A stretch of DNA of 64,000 nucleotides. It comes from Octopus sinensis (taxonomy: Eukaryota). The notes beneath the pieces are model-generated. The model was not told the origin of the DNA. It was given only the letters and a program-made list of their open reading frames with translations, and searched no databases. Positions 27,110 through 40,058 of this stretch are shown piece after piece. Numbering within the stretch: the stretch's first letter is position 1; the number at the start of each line of letters is the position of its first letter. The position numbers and the translations under genes were made by a program. Location of the stretch: assembly GCF_006345805.1 (NCBI RefSeq), contig NC_043003.1:111600001-111664000 (forward strand). The letters are read 5' to 3'.

Positions 27110-27990
27110 TTAACTTAAAGAAATTTTGACATGATTCCAAATTCGTCGGTAATGAAATGTTTGGGAATTTTTGGAATAAAATATTGTGTTACTAAACTAA
27201 TAGTATCTAGCATTCCTTTGTAGAAGACAAACCTGTATGCAGGGAAGAAACCCTTAGGTGTGGTCAATATAAAAAGAGGGATATTCCAAGGAGAATCATT
27301 CTTACTATTGCGCATTATTATAGCTACAGTCCTATCAACAATGGATTTGCGGGAGATAGATATTGCCTCACCGATTGAAAGCAGAAGTTGCAAGATAAAT
27401 AATATGCTTACTATGCATGACATGGAGCTCTTTGACAAGAATGAATTACAGGTTTATTTACTGGCCAGAGCTGTTCACTGGTGCTGTAAAAATATTAGTA
27501 TTGCAAAGTGTGCCACCGGGATTTTCAAGAAATGTAGGCGTATATACTGTACTGTATATACAGTAATTACTTCACGGAGAGGCAATTGGTGACCCCGAGA
27601 ATAGCAGTTCTTAAATGAGATGATTACAAGAAATGTGAAGGATGTCTATCTAAAAAAGCGAAATCTCCAACAGGAAATAAAATCGAAAGTGAAGGACTTG
27701 ATAGCCGCTATCAAAGTGTGGATTGTACCGGTTATTATGCATAGTTCATGCATTTTGAATTGAACCAAGGAAGACAACAACAAGTTGAAGAGAATAACGG
27801 GGAAGAAAATGATTGAGAGTTGCGTAATGCACTCAATGGTGAAGATCATAAGGTTATATGCACCGCGAAACGTAGGTGGGCGAGACATATAAGTGTGAAA
27901 GGCTGCAAGGCTAGTGGATACAGGTCGAAAGATTTCTATTTGGCCAGTTGTTGAGAACAACATTTAAAGTATGTAGTGGAAAGCAGAGGA
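27110..27990 (+). mobile_element. Decayed R4/Dong-like RT fragment
   Basis: DMIPNS, VNIKRGIFQGES and INNMLTMHDMELF (a decayed YMDD motif). Confidence 0.8.
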
Positions 27991-29141
27991 TTATCCATAC
28001 ACACTCGCCGGCATTTTCACACACACACACACCACATTCACACACACACATATATACATACGCTTAAAATACCGGAATGGATTAACTATTGATAAATTTA
28101 AATATATTCCTTCTCCGACACTGATATATCTGCAAATACAGACACATATTCATACGCACGTACTTGTGTGTGTGTGTGTGTTTGTGTGTGTGTGTAGATG
28201 CAACATACAACTACGCATAAAATTGAAAATACATATCAAAGTCATATTATCATTCTTTATTTGTTTCAACCGCTCATGCATATATTACGCAATTATTAGA
28301 AAACCGCTCGAAGAGTAACGATTCTCATAATAATAATGACAACAGCAACAACAGCAGCAGCAACAATAGTGATGATGACAATAACGATGGTAACGACGTT
28401 GATCATCATCATGGTCATGACACCCATAATGCTGGAGATCAGGATCATAATCGTGATGCTAATGATGATGCGTTTATATATATCAATGTTATTTGTTATC
28501 AATAATTAGGGAATTACTTGGTTAGAAGTTATTAAAATCAATTATCTAATTAAACGTATACATGAAGTGCATTTTAAAGTATTTTGTTTCAACTTCTAAA
28601 GTATTTGAAACAATGATATAGAATTGTTTACCGCATTTATGGAACAATTCGTTTGAGAAATTAGGATCACTTTTCTCTCGGATATGTATTATGAGACTCC
28701 AAAGAAAGGAATGTTGTTTTAAATATAAACATGAGCAACTCATTAGTCTGTTTCACACACATCCACACACTAACACACAGAAACATACACACACACACAC
28801 ACACGCACACACATATATATTATATATATCGTTAAGTATATTTACCACATAAGGTTTGAAATGGAAATGATAATTTTCCTTCTCCAATCCTAATCGGACA
28901 CAGACGATGTGTCGTTAGCCAACTGGAGGAGATATCTTCCAGGTGCTATAAACAACACTGGCGCATCGTTACCTAGGGGTCCGCACATTTAGGTGGGAAA
29001 TATACTTCACGATTCTGTGCTGCTACAGTTTACCTCTCATTCACAAATTTCTTAATGCTACATAGAGATGGATCGATAGATAGATAGATGCACATATACT
29101 TATGATATAGTATACATACATGTATATATATATATATATAT

Positions 29142-29226
<85 letters not shown>

Positions 29227-29489
29227 CATGCATATATGTGTATGCTTAATACATATATATATATGTATATATATAAAAACGAAAACTACTCTCTTTATCA
29301 ATAAAATAATCGGGTATGAGATGCCGAATAATCTATGAATTATAAGATTTCAGGATTATTATCTTTTTGATGAAACAAATGCTTTTTGTTATATTTAAAA
29401 GTACTACCTGAATGGAATAAAATTTTTATAGTAATATATATTCACACAAATATTCGTATACATATACATATAATACACCCCCATCATAG

Positions 29490-29684
29490 ATACAGACACA
29501 CATACAGACAGTCACGCACACGCATACAGATACAACCGGCTTCTTTACACCAAATCCACTCACAATGCATTGGTCGAATCCATGGTATAGTAGAATCACT
29601 TCCGAAGGTGCCATTACTTTGGGACTGAAACCAGCGGCACGTGGTTGGAAATAAACTTCATACCACATAGCCACGCCTGCGCCT
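29490..29684 (-). mobile_element. SINE family A 5' half
   Basis: ccaaatccactcacaatgcattggtcg...accacatagccacgcctgcgcct matches 37140-37278. Confidence 0.8.
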
Positions 29685-29815
29685 ATGTAATGTAAACACA
29701 TGCACACGTTTGTATGCGTGTGTGTGTGTGTGTGTAAACACATGCGTACGTATACTCATATATATATCTATATATATACACGCATATATATATATATATA
29801 TATATACATGCATAT

Positions 29816-29860
<45 letters not shown>

Positions 29861-30230
29861 TATATATATATATATATAGGTATGTATAGTATATTGTATA
29901 ACCCAGCGGCAATAAAAGAAATGCAGAAAATTTTGAACACTGTTTCAATTATATTATCTATCCATCAGCAAATTTGTTCTAGACTAGATTAAACTCGCAA
30001 TATAACGATAAGAGGAATTCTATGTAAACCTGCGTGGAATGAGATCGGAGAGAAATGCCAAGAGCAAAATTCGAGTCTCGTATCCTGTTTGTGCGTGTCT
30101 GGGTGTGTGTGTGTGTGTGTGTGTGTGTATCTGTGACTTTGGAAGTAATGTCAGGAAATATAGCATGCATAATATCATTATAATTTCAACGATATTTTGT
30201 ATATGTGAATGTGTGTTCAGATGTATGTAG

Positions 30231-30425
30231 GCATCTGGCTTAAAATACGAGCTCATGTGGTCGATACTTAGACATGCGGGTCCCTACAGCACTTTATCCC
30301 GCAAATGCCAGCTATGTTCTGAAGAGTCAATCTCAATAATATTTACAAAGGATTGCGTTATGAATAAATTTGCAGAAAAACTACCCAGGTGACTACACGC
30401 AGCTAAACACACATTCACATATTAA
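30231..30425 (+). pseudogene. Penelope-like GIY-YIG endonuclease C-terminal remnant
   Basis: LMWSILRHAGPYSTLSRKCQLCSEESISIIFTKDCVMNKFAEKLPR*LH fits the PLE C-terminal pattern WxIL..A.PY...SKRCxLC..E...I....LNK..E...CRH. Confidence 0.75.
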
Positions 30426-30956
30426 AATCCTGACCATACGTAATTAATTTAACACCCACAACTCTGGTTAATCCACCTGAACTTAATGGACTGTATTGGA
30501 ATAACACTTATTAAGACATCCAATTTTACAAACTATATATATATATATATATATTCATTCCTATATGTCAGTGTATTTCACAAGTGCGAGTGTATATGGT
30601 TTTGTACGCACATGCGTATCTCGGTCTACGTAAGAATGTATGCACATATGTACCTACATATATGAGCTTATGTATATGTAGACATATATATTGTACGTAT
30701 CCGTGTGTATTTAGATGTAGCTATATGTATATATATATATATATATATATAGATGTGTATGTATGCATGTATGTATCTATATATATATATATATATATCC
30801 TTATAAAATAGTGTACAATTAAACACAAGAGAAAAGTACTCTTTAACAGGTATTTTTTACAGGATAGAAGAATCAAACAAAGCTGCCAAAACGACAATTT
30901 AATAGCAACTTTCGAAGGAAATGAAAGATAAAAACCTCTTATCTTGTTATTTTTTG

Positions 30957-31026
30957 CGTTTATACCTAGATTTCAAATTTCTTTAGCAAATAAGAATATC
31001 TGCTGGGCGAAATCTCATCAGTAACC
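30957..31026 (-). ncRNA. Hammerhead motif, slightly degenerate copy of 32090-32159
   Basis: Minus strand reads cggtta-CTGATGA...GAAAT-ctag-GTA-taaacg. It lies in a direct repeat, 30803-31031 versus 31954-32163. Confidence 0.7.
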
Positions 31027-31133
31027 GGCTTCAAGAACTAACGCATAAATCAGAGACATATATTCAGTAGATAATTCGGCGGTAAGTAGATAATGGCAAG
31101 CTGATTCTTCGAGAATGCTAAGATTATATCATA

Positions 31134-31196
<63 letters not shown>

Positions 31197-31224
31197 AATT
31201 AAAACAGATTAGGAGATCGAAAAT

Positions 31225-31267
31225 CCACCTGACGAATGTCATTGAAGACATGAAACGATTGTAGTGG
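31225..31267 (+). ncRNA. Minimal type I hammerhead ribozyme
   Basis: ccac-CTGACGA-atgtc(attgaa)gacat-GAAAC-gatt-GTA-gtgg. All three stems pair and the core is canonical. Confidence 0.88.
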
Positions 31268-31358
31268 CGGTTTATTTCTTTATATTAAAAATGTTTATGT
31301 ATTGATTAAGTCTTTCCTTGTTTGTTTTGCAAAATAGTGGTTTTGTCTCGAATTAATG

Positions 31359-31412
<54 letters not shown>

Positions 31413-31663
31413 TATATATAATATATATATTTATTCATAATTAATCAATATAGGGTGGCAAAAAATTTGTAGAATTTTTTTGCCACCAGCGGCCTAGTGG
31501 GAAAAATTAAATAGTCATAGACCATTTATAAGTTCAACATCACAATCAAGGAACGGCCATAATAGGCCATTCACCCACTAGAAATAGCAGCCAAAGCTTC
31601 AACCGCAAAATAACATTAATTCCGCAAACCAGGAGAAAATTAAAAAAACATTTACCCTGTAGT

Positions 31664-31766
31664 TTCTTATACGATGCACCGTTTCATCTATTGTTTAATG
31701 GTAAATTAACCTGATTAAATTAAATCAAGCCAATCTTCCATAGGCCGATAGATTCGTCAGTAAGAA
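31664..31766 (-). ncRNA. Type I hammerhead ribozyme with very long stem II
   Basis: Minus strand reads ttctta-CTGACGA-atctat...atgg-aagattggcttgatt(taattt)aatcaggttaattt-a-ccat...atagat-GAAAC-ggtgcatc-GTA-taagaa. Confidence 0.88.
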
Positions 31767-31840
31767 GCAGCCAGATCGGAACAGATATTATCACGAGGCA
31801 CTTCCATCCCTGCCTCGGCAATATCTGACCTGATATATAT

Positions 31841-31874
<34 letters not shown>

Positions 31875-32089
31875 GGGTAGCGAATATTCGTTAGAAATAT
31901 CACCAACAATGGCCTAGCATGTATAAATAGTCAATAGACAACATATTTTTAGTATAAAATAGTGTACATTTAAACACAAGAGAAAGTTACACTTTGCTAG
32001 AAAAAGCAGCCAAAACGGCCAAAACCACAATTTAATAGCAATTTTCGAAGGAAATGAAAAATAAAAAACTTTTACCTTGTTATGTTTGG

Positions 32090-32159
32090 CGGTTATACCT
32101 AGGTTTCAAATTTGTTAGCAAATAAGAATATCTGCTAGGCGAATTCTCATCAGTAACCG
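32090..32159 (-). ncRNA. Type I hammerhead ribozyme
   Basis: Minus strand reads cggtta-CTGATGA-gaattcgcc-tagca...tgcta-acaaattt-GAAAC-ctag-GTA-taaccg. Stem III is the palindrome ACCTAGGT. Confidence 0.85.
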
Positions 32160-32244
32160 GCTTGCTCGCTGAATTTTGAAACATTATAACATCATTATTG
32201 GTCAGGTGTTATTTGTCTCTGATTTATAAGTTAGTATTTGAGGC

Positions 32245-32315
32245 CGGTTACTGATGAGAATTCGCCTAGCAGATATTCTTATTTGCTAAAGAAATTTGAA
32301 GCTTTGGTATAACCG
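32245..32315 (+). ncRNA. Inverted hammerhead copy with a mutated core
   Basis: cggtta-CTGATGA...GAAGC-tttg-GTA-taaccg. GAAA has become GAAG. Confidence 0.7.
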
Positions 32316-32705
32316 CAGAAAGTAACAAGGTAAGAGGTTTTTATTTTTCGTTTCCTGGTCAAAATATTTCTTTTATATATTTACTTTTATAATTGGAAGA
32401 TGCCAATTAAAATTTTAGATTCTTGGCAGATAGTCACTAGTTTTACAAACCAGTAGAGTTGAAAATGTGAGAACTTAATTGTTTTCAGAATACTAACACA
32501 ACGTGTGTTAAATTTTTGGTTAGACTTATTATTTGGTGCAGATGGGATCATAAACACTGTTACGAAGCAGCAATTAACTCGAATTAACTCGAAAATGCAC
32601 AGCAAGGCGCAAAAATTGCAGTGTACAAGAAATTGAAGCAGAATCATATGACGGTCCATAAATAGAAATACGTGATTATACATATATATATATGAATATA
32701 TATGA

Positions 32706-32778
<73 letters not shown>

Positions 32779-33699
32779 TATATATATATTATATATATAT
32801 ATATATTACAGTCCTATATTTAAGAGATGAGGGATTATTTGCATAATTACATTTGACGTATGTTGTCGTAATTTTTGTTTGTTGTTAACACAACGTTTCC
32901 GCTTATATATGTGTGTGTTTCTTCGCATGCCTGTTTATCACAGCGAATTGCACGAACATATTGGCATGAAAATATTGTAATCTGAGTACCTTTATACAAA
33001 CTGCTATGCTTTTCACATATACGTCGTCCGGGCGACAGTCTCGTGGCTACTCTAGTGAGGCTCATTGCATTCTAGCGCTTCATTCTATAATCGATTTTGT
33101 GTGTACTTTTTAACTTTATATGAACACATCAGTGCATCGCAGAATCGTGAACCTTATCCGGTGTTGTAAATACACTGCTGGTTGCCTTGTCCATTTAATA
33201 CTTTCTTGAGTCGCCTTTTCCCGATCTCTGAGATAGCACTCGGAAACCACGCGTTCCCAAATGTTGTGCATGAACCTGGCAACATATTTGGCTCAGCGGA
33301 AATTGTGTGTTCGGTATTCTGCAATCACATCGTCTACACAGATCCGTTCTTGAGTTATATCATTTCGGATATCTCTTGCAATCTTTCCCTAGTGGGGAAC
33401 TTTCCATGGCTCCATACGTCTTAGCCAAACAATATGAACATATAACGATAAAAAGTGAAGAAGAACAATAAGATTAAAATGAAAACAATAAGTAAATGAG
33501 ACAGAGAGAGATGCATCGGGATATATTATTCTAATAGGTATCTTAAAACAGTGATGAATTCAAATATTAATGTAAATATTTCCATTATACCAGGTTGACG
33601 CAAACGTTTCTTCTCATATTTCAAGATCTAATTAATAATTAAGTTGTGTATGACAAGGATCTATTTATGAAAATATATCCCAATCTGTTCTATTGCCTG

Positions 33700-34600
33700 T
33701 TGCTATTTTTGTGCCAGAAAATCGATTCCACGCTGATATCATATGGCTGCTTTATTAGCAAAAACCCCTGCACCCGTTTCCAAACTAATCCACATTGTTG
33801 AACCTCCGTCCGACATATACATGATCCGTCGTTTGGAAAGCGTGTTAATCTTATGGTACAATATAGGGACCGTAGGTAAGATGAGGCAGCTCTTCAAACG
33901 ACTAAAGTTCCTCAAGATTGCATTGGAAGTCTGTGCTGGGGTTTTCATCATGCTGTAAGAGTGCGCGTCTTCAATGTCGGGTAGTGGACTTTCAGCGCAC
34001 CATATATTTGCTGCAGCTGTTGCCTATATAGATTAACGTTCACAGTGTGATGATCTGGGACAAGGTGTAAGTGTAACACCCAAACAAAATTCCATGAAAC
34101 ACCCAACATGTCCTTCTGTTCAAACCACCCTAATTGACAGCAGATTCTTAACTCTGACCAGAAAGAAGCGACCTAGGTTTTAAATTTTAATTATGATTAC
34201 GAAAAGAGATCGATGTTTCAGTATCAGTTACAATTCGACGCCGAAAAACATCTCGAAGAATCGCCAGCGCTTGTTTGTATACGTACTCGTATATTGTTGA
34301 CAGAGCCTAGTGTTTGCTAGGAGTTCAACCATTTTAAGCAATACTTCATCTTCCAGCAATGAAGATCTGCCTGACCTTGGTCTAGTGTCACTTTCATTGA
34401 ACCATCTGAATCAGATTTGTGTCACACAACCGCTTGCAGGCTTTCTGCATTCTACATCAATAATTTCTTTCATCGCTGCCCTTTCGCCCAATATTTTTTC
34501 CACATGTAGTGTAAAATGGTTCTAATTGCAGTTTGTTCACCACCATTATCAAAGCTCTAAAAAAATGAAAAAAAAAATGTTTCAACAAAGATAGAGGACT
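33700..34600 (-). mobile_element. Decayed mariner transposon
   Basis: Minus-strand peptides EQTAIRTILHYMW, FRWFNESDTRPRSGRSSLLEDEVLLKMVE and HLTYGPYIVP (compare HPPYSPDLAP). Confidence 0.8.
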
Positions 34601-35145
34601 CATATCGAATTTATAGTCTAGCATTGAGATACAAAAACATTGAGTTGCCCTAAACTATCGTATTTATCCAAATTCTTCATTTCTTCTTTAGTATAGCTCT
34701 GAAGCAGTAATGTCTTACTGCTTGTGTCTACACATTTTTAATTCATTTATAATTTTTAAGTTATGTTTTATAAAAATCAATATATATTGCTTTCTTCTAT
34801 AATAACCTAGCCAAAACATTTTGAACACCAAAACAAAACGCATGAAAAAAAAACCAAACAACACACCAGCCTTCCCTTTCCATTATGATAAAATATTCAA
34901 GCAGAATTTTATGAACCGTGTGCGCGTGTGTGATTGCATATTTACACGTGCATAAACACATACGTAGATCGATGGTGATACTGTGATATTTCGTATTCAT
35001 TTATTCTTTTTTGTGTTTTTTTTTCATTAATTATACTTACTTTCGTTATAATGGAGCATCTGCTTCAATAATTTATATACAGTTTTACGGCCCCCTTAAC
35101 TTATTCTATCACTGTCCTCTGTTTGTTGAATTATAGGGTTTAGGA

Positions 35146-35177
<32 letters not shown>

Positions 35178-36050
35178 TATACACATATATACATACATAC
35201 ATACATTCATACATACATACATACATACATATATGCATATATATAAATATATATATATATTCTTTTATTCTTCGATATATTTAATGAGGCAGGCTTGAAT
35301 ACTAATGAATCGTATGAGCATACATTTTCTTCAAATCATTATCAGTTCATTTCACGTATTTGATTTGATTTCCATTTAACCGTAATAATATAAACGCGTT
35401 TGAAAATACACTTACATAGACATGCACATACATATATGTCCTATATCTTCATGTGTGACGAGCTAAGTTCTGGTTGCCACTAGTAAGCTGTTGAACTGAA
35501 AATAAAGTGAAATCAACTGAGATTATAGCCATCTTGAGATTGAATGAGAGAATTTCGTTTTATACGAAGTTTAATGGTGATATTTTAGACTTTGGCAACT
35601 ATGTTGAAACGCCGGACATTTTTCAAGTGAAGTGTACTCCATTCACAGCAGTGATAACTTCCTTCCAATGATAATGAGTGTAAATGTCGGTGTGAAACTA
35701 TCCCACTGATTAGTTTAAGTAGAAATAAATACATTTGAGAATGATCCAAGTGAGTCTGCTACGCAAAGAACATACAGCAATATGCAGGCAACCATACATA
35801 ATGTAATGAACCTAAAATAAGCCCAATCAATTGAAATTACACGAGTAATGACACGGAAAGTAATTAGGATTAATGAAAATTCCTGTTTAATGGGGCAACC
35901 GGGAAAACAGTCGGAGAGAGCGAATGAATCTGATCTTTCTTAGCTATGTTCATGCAGGGATTCCTTTTACATTATTGCGTGATCGTGCCGGCGAAACAGA
36001 TTCTAATATAACCTATAAGTTTTCTTTTACAGAGAATGTATACATGTATA

Positions 36051-36457
36051 GGCGCGGGTGTGGCTGTGTGGTAAGTAGCTTGTTTACCAACCACATGGTT
36101 CCGGGTTCAGTCCCACTGCGTGGCACCTTGGGCAATTGTCTTCTACTATATCCTCGGGCCGACCAATGTCTTGTGAGTGGATTTGGTAGACGGAAACTGA
36201 AAGAAACCCGTCGTATATATGTATATATATGTATGCGTGTCTATGTTTGTGTGTCTGTGTATGCCCCCCTAGTATTGCTTGACAGCCGATGCTGGTGTGT
36301 TTATGTCCCTGTTACTTAGCGGTTCGGCAAAAGAGACCGATAGAATAAGTACTGGGCTTACAAAAGAATAAGTCCCGGGGTCGAGTTGCTCGATTAAAGG
36401 TGGTGCTCCTGCATGGCCGCAGTGAAAAGACTGAAACAAGTAAAAGAGTAAAAGAGT
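36051..36457 (+). mobile_element. Full-length tRNA-derived SINE family A
   Basis: A box tggctgtgtgg, B box gggttcagtccc, an internal TA/TG tract and a (gtaaaaga)n tail. Several copies in the window. Confidence 0.92.
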
Positions 36458-36868
36458 ATGTGTCCGTGTGTTGTACGCGTGAACATGTGTGTTGTGTACA
36501 TGTGTTAATTAAAGATTCATTAATATTTTGATAAACGCAGTAGTGCTTATTTAAATATATGTATGCATGTAAATGTGTATGTGTGTGTAACGGTTTTGAA
36601 ACGAATATTTTTATTTTCAGCTATTTTCTTAGCCGCGTCTAAGGAAGTTCAGATGCAAAATATCCTGGGCGATGTAGTGTGCGTCTGAGGAGAATAACAT
36701 TTCCCTTTTATGACAACAGTGTTCAACACACTCGTCTCATTGGCTCACAATATTCTGGAACACCAACGTTTCAATATGGTGCGTCTCGTCAGACTGAAGT
36801 TGGAACTTTGAGACCAGCCGAAGAGACGGTGTGCATAGCGTGTGTTTTATATATATATATATATATAT

Positions 36869-37278
36869 CTTTTTTACTATTTTTTTCTACTTGTCTCAGT
36901 CATTTGACTGCGACCATGCTGGAGCACCGACTTTAGTCGAGCAAATCGACCCCGGGACTTATTCTTTGTAAGCCCGGTACTTATTCTATCGGTCTCTTTT
37001 GCCGAAACGGTAAGTGACGGGGACGTAAACACACCAGCATCGGTTGTCAAGCAATGCTAGGGGGACAAACACAGACACACAAACACACACACATACATAT
37101 ATATATACATATATACGACAGGTTTTTTTCAGTTTCCGTCTACCAAATCCACTCACAAGGCATTGGTCGGCCCGAGGCTATAGCAGAAGACACTTGCGCA
37201 AGGTTCCACGCAGTGGGACTGAACCCGAAACCATGTGGTTCGTTAGCAAGCTACTTACCACACAGCCACTCCTGCGCC
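36869..37278 (-). mobile_element. Full-length SINE family A, inverted relative to 36051-36457
   Basis: Reverse-complement match along its length. Confidence 0.92.
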
Positions 37279-37834
37279 TATTTATATTTTGATTTTGTAG
37301 TACATTCATAGTGCTTTAAAGTAATGCACAAACATTAAACTACTGCTAGATTCTGCGTTATCGGATAATCTCATTAAGATAAATCTAAAAGATTTTAGCC
37401 TCCCTACAAATGCTTACATATATTTTCAAAAGCACTTTTCGTTCTCAGTTTAACTTAAATTCCCTCAGCCTTTGCAGATGATTATATAAAGTTTCCCTCC
37501 ACTCAAATGTTCCCTAAATTTGAAAGGAGTGTCATTATAGCAATATTTTATTAGTATTGTCCAAAATAATTCTATCGTGCTACTTTGTACCATAAAGCAA
37601 TATACTTCATTATTTTCATTGACATGCTCCTTTCTTTATCTTGTGGATTCTAATTTATCAAAACTTTGTTCCTAATTAATGTCTGTGTCCTCTGCTGCAT
37701 GACAACGAGAGATTTTTTAACCTATTTTCCAGGCAAAATTGTTAATTAAATCATGCCACCAGTAAAAATCTCTATCAATTTTAGTTAATATTTGTGCCAG
37801 TTTCCTCTATTCTCTTTTGTTTTATATTATTCTC

Positions 37835-37846
37835 CTTCTTCTTCTT

Positions 37847-37877
<31 letters not shown>

Positions 37878-37910
37878 CCATCATCATCATTATCATCATC
37901 ATCATCATCA

Positions 37911-37945
<35 letters not shown>

Positions 37946-37992
37946 TTTCTTCTTCTTCTTCTTCTTCTTCTTCTTCTTCTTCTTCTTCTTCG
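37835..37992. repeat. Compound (CAT)/(TAT)/(TCT) microsatellite
   Basis: Seen directly. Confidence 0.95.
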
Positions 37993-38140
37993 TCCATTCA
38001 TATACACTGTGAATTTCCCACCTCTTTTATACCCTTTTATCTCCCCTTTTCATTTCCCCTTTTCTTCCTATTCACTAATAATCTGCCTCCTGATTAAATT
38101 ATTTTGCTAAATTGAGAAAGGCGCAGTGAGTGAGTCAGTA

Positions 38141-38173
<33 letters not shown>

Positions 38174-38340
38174 GAGAAAATGAGAAAGGAGAAGGAGAGG
38201 GTAAGGAGACACACAGAGAAAGGTGGGGATTATGATACTGGAAAAGCTAATTGCCCAGATACGCAATCACAAACACACACACATACATAATAAAAATGCA
38301 AACACAACGCACGTCATCTTAATCTATTTCGCACCACACG

Positions 38341-38405
38341 ATGGAAGCCAATACTAAATATGAGAGAACAAAAGCTCCTCTGTCGAAGTCAAGAGATTTC
38401 TTCGA
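38341..38405 (+). CDS. Candidate first coding exon (MEANTKYERTKAPLSKSRDFF)
   Basis: cacacgATGG start context, an open frame and donor GA|GTAAGC, in non-repetitive sequence. No homology recognised. Confidence 0.28.
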
Positions 38406-39011
38406 GTAAGCGGTGGCGGTAACTGTTGTATCAGTATATGCAGATGTATTTGCAATTATGTAATGCGTACCTAACACCTTATTACGCATCTGTGTGTGAA
38501 GATTATGTATGTATTCGTTTCTGTGCATCTATTCCGTACATTCACAGATTGTGTGTAAGTCTTCAGTTCAGGGACCCCAAAAGACGAAAACCTCTAATGT
38601 TTGGCATATTTTAATTGGACTACTAATCAATTTTATTTTTGGAGTAGGGTTCAAAGGGGATATATTTTGCTCAGAGTCAGCTAGCATTTCCAGACCTTTA
38701 GTCAAATTTGATGTCACCTTTATAATAGGTAAACATGCAAATCTACAAATACGGTATAACATTTTTTAATGAAATTTTCCACAGCTGCTATTTACTCTTT
38801 AACGTGCGGATATATTCTAAATTTATAGTGATCTTGTAGAGGCAAGAGGACTTATTTCAACAATTGCTGATGAGGAGTTTGACATCCACACTGATGATAA
38901 ATGTGATACTCACACTGATGATCAGCACACTAATTAATATTGTACATTACAATCTTTATATCATTTATTAAGTAAATATTTCCCGCTCTCAGAGAGTAAG
39001 GGCGAAATACC

Positions 39012-39300
39012 TCCGGCCTAGTAGTTAGGACGAGGCACTGGCGATCGCTAGATCGTGATTTTCACTCCTCAACAGGGAAGTGCGTTGTGTTCTTGAGCAA
39101 AAGAGTTCATCTCACGTTGTTCTGCCATCACTTAGACACCTGATGGGTGATAGGCACCTATTCAGACAACGTCGATTTGATGAAGTGAGTGAGGTAATGT
39201 GCGGCACGAACATTTGATCATTATAATCAAATCACTTGTGCAGCTCTTTCGGCTAAAGCTGAATGCTCATATATCGTCTTCAACGGGTGAGCACAACATT
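39012..39300 (+). mobile_element. Degenerate tRNA-like SINE (family C-related)
   Basis: Head ggcctagtagttagg...gatcgtgattttcactcc. It shares catttgatcat...aatcactt.tgcag with 58135-58260. Confidence 0.55.
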
Positions 39301-40058
39301 CCATTTGAGATAGAACCTGTCATTGATACTAATTCACATGTAGTTGTTGGTACCTTTCTAAACCTGATATCCAGACTACCGAATTCTTGAAATGTCCAAT
39401 TTATCAACCTAAAATTTTGGTAGTAAAACTAGGACTGCAGAAAATATTGAGGCGTAGAGCTTTAATGTATTGTGACAATTCTAGCTTCTATTTCTTCTGA
39501 AGTATGCTGAGATATTCGTTTGTCATTCTAATCTTATTCGGAGTACCAATATACGCGATAATGTTAATGATACCGAGGTATTAGAAACATTCGTCCTTCG
39601 AGATGGGTAAGATATTTAGGCCATTGGTATGTGCGCTCTTTGTCTCTGTGTAAGTCTAGCGAAGTCCATTACGAAATAAGAATACTTAAGCCGACGAAAC
39701 ACTCTTCCTATATCGTGCAAGAAATTTTGTCTGGAATCTGTTTTCTTGTGTCTTGGATATAACTTGAGACAAGGAACTATATTTGATTGATATTAATTTT
39801 CCACTCTTCTTCATTTCCTATAGAGTAATATGCATTTCCTTAACAGCAATGACAGGGGTTTTCTGCGAGGAAATTACTGGCAAAATTTCTCCCTGAAATA
39901 TTCACTTCGATAGAGTAATGATTGCTGTAAGGAACACTAATAGTAGCATTTGTTCTTGTCAAAGGCGGTGTAGGCTATGTTGTTTTACGTTTCTAAATGA
40001 CCTTGACTATCGCAGTTGGAGATCTGTGGAGGTGCAGTGACTCTAGTATCGATGAGTG

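Noticed and set aside
28880-29000. GC-richer structured-looking patch, considered as an HDV-like ribozyme
   Set aside because: Only local hairpins were found, and I could not build the nested double pseudoknot.
32805-32905. PLE-like terminus with GAAACGTTGT on the minus strand next to (TA)n
   Set aside because: No CUGANGA half is present, so it is not counted as a hammerhead.
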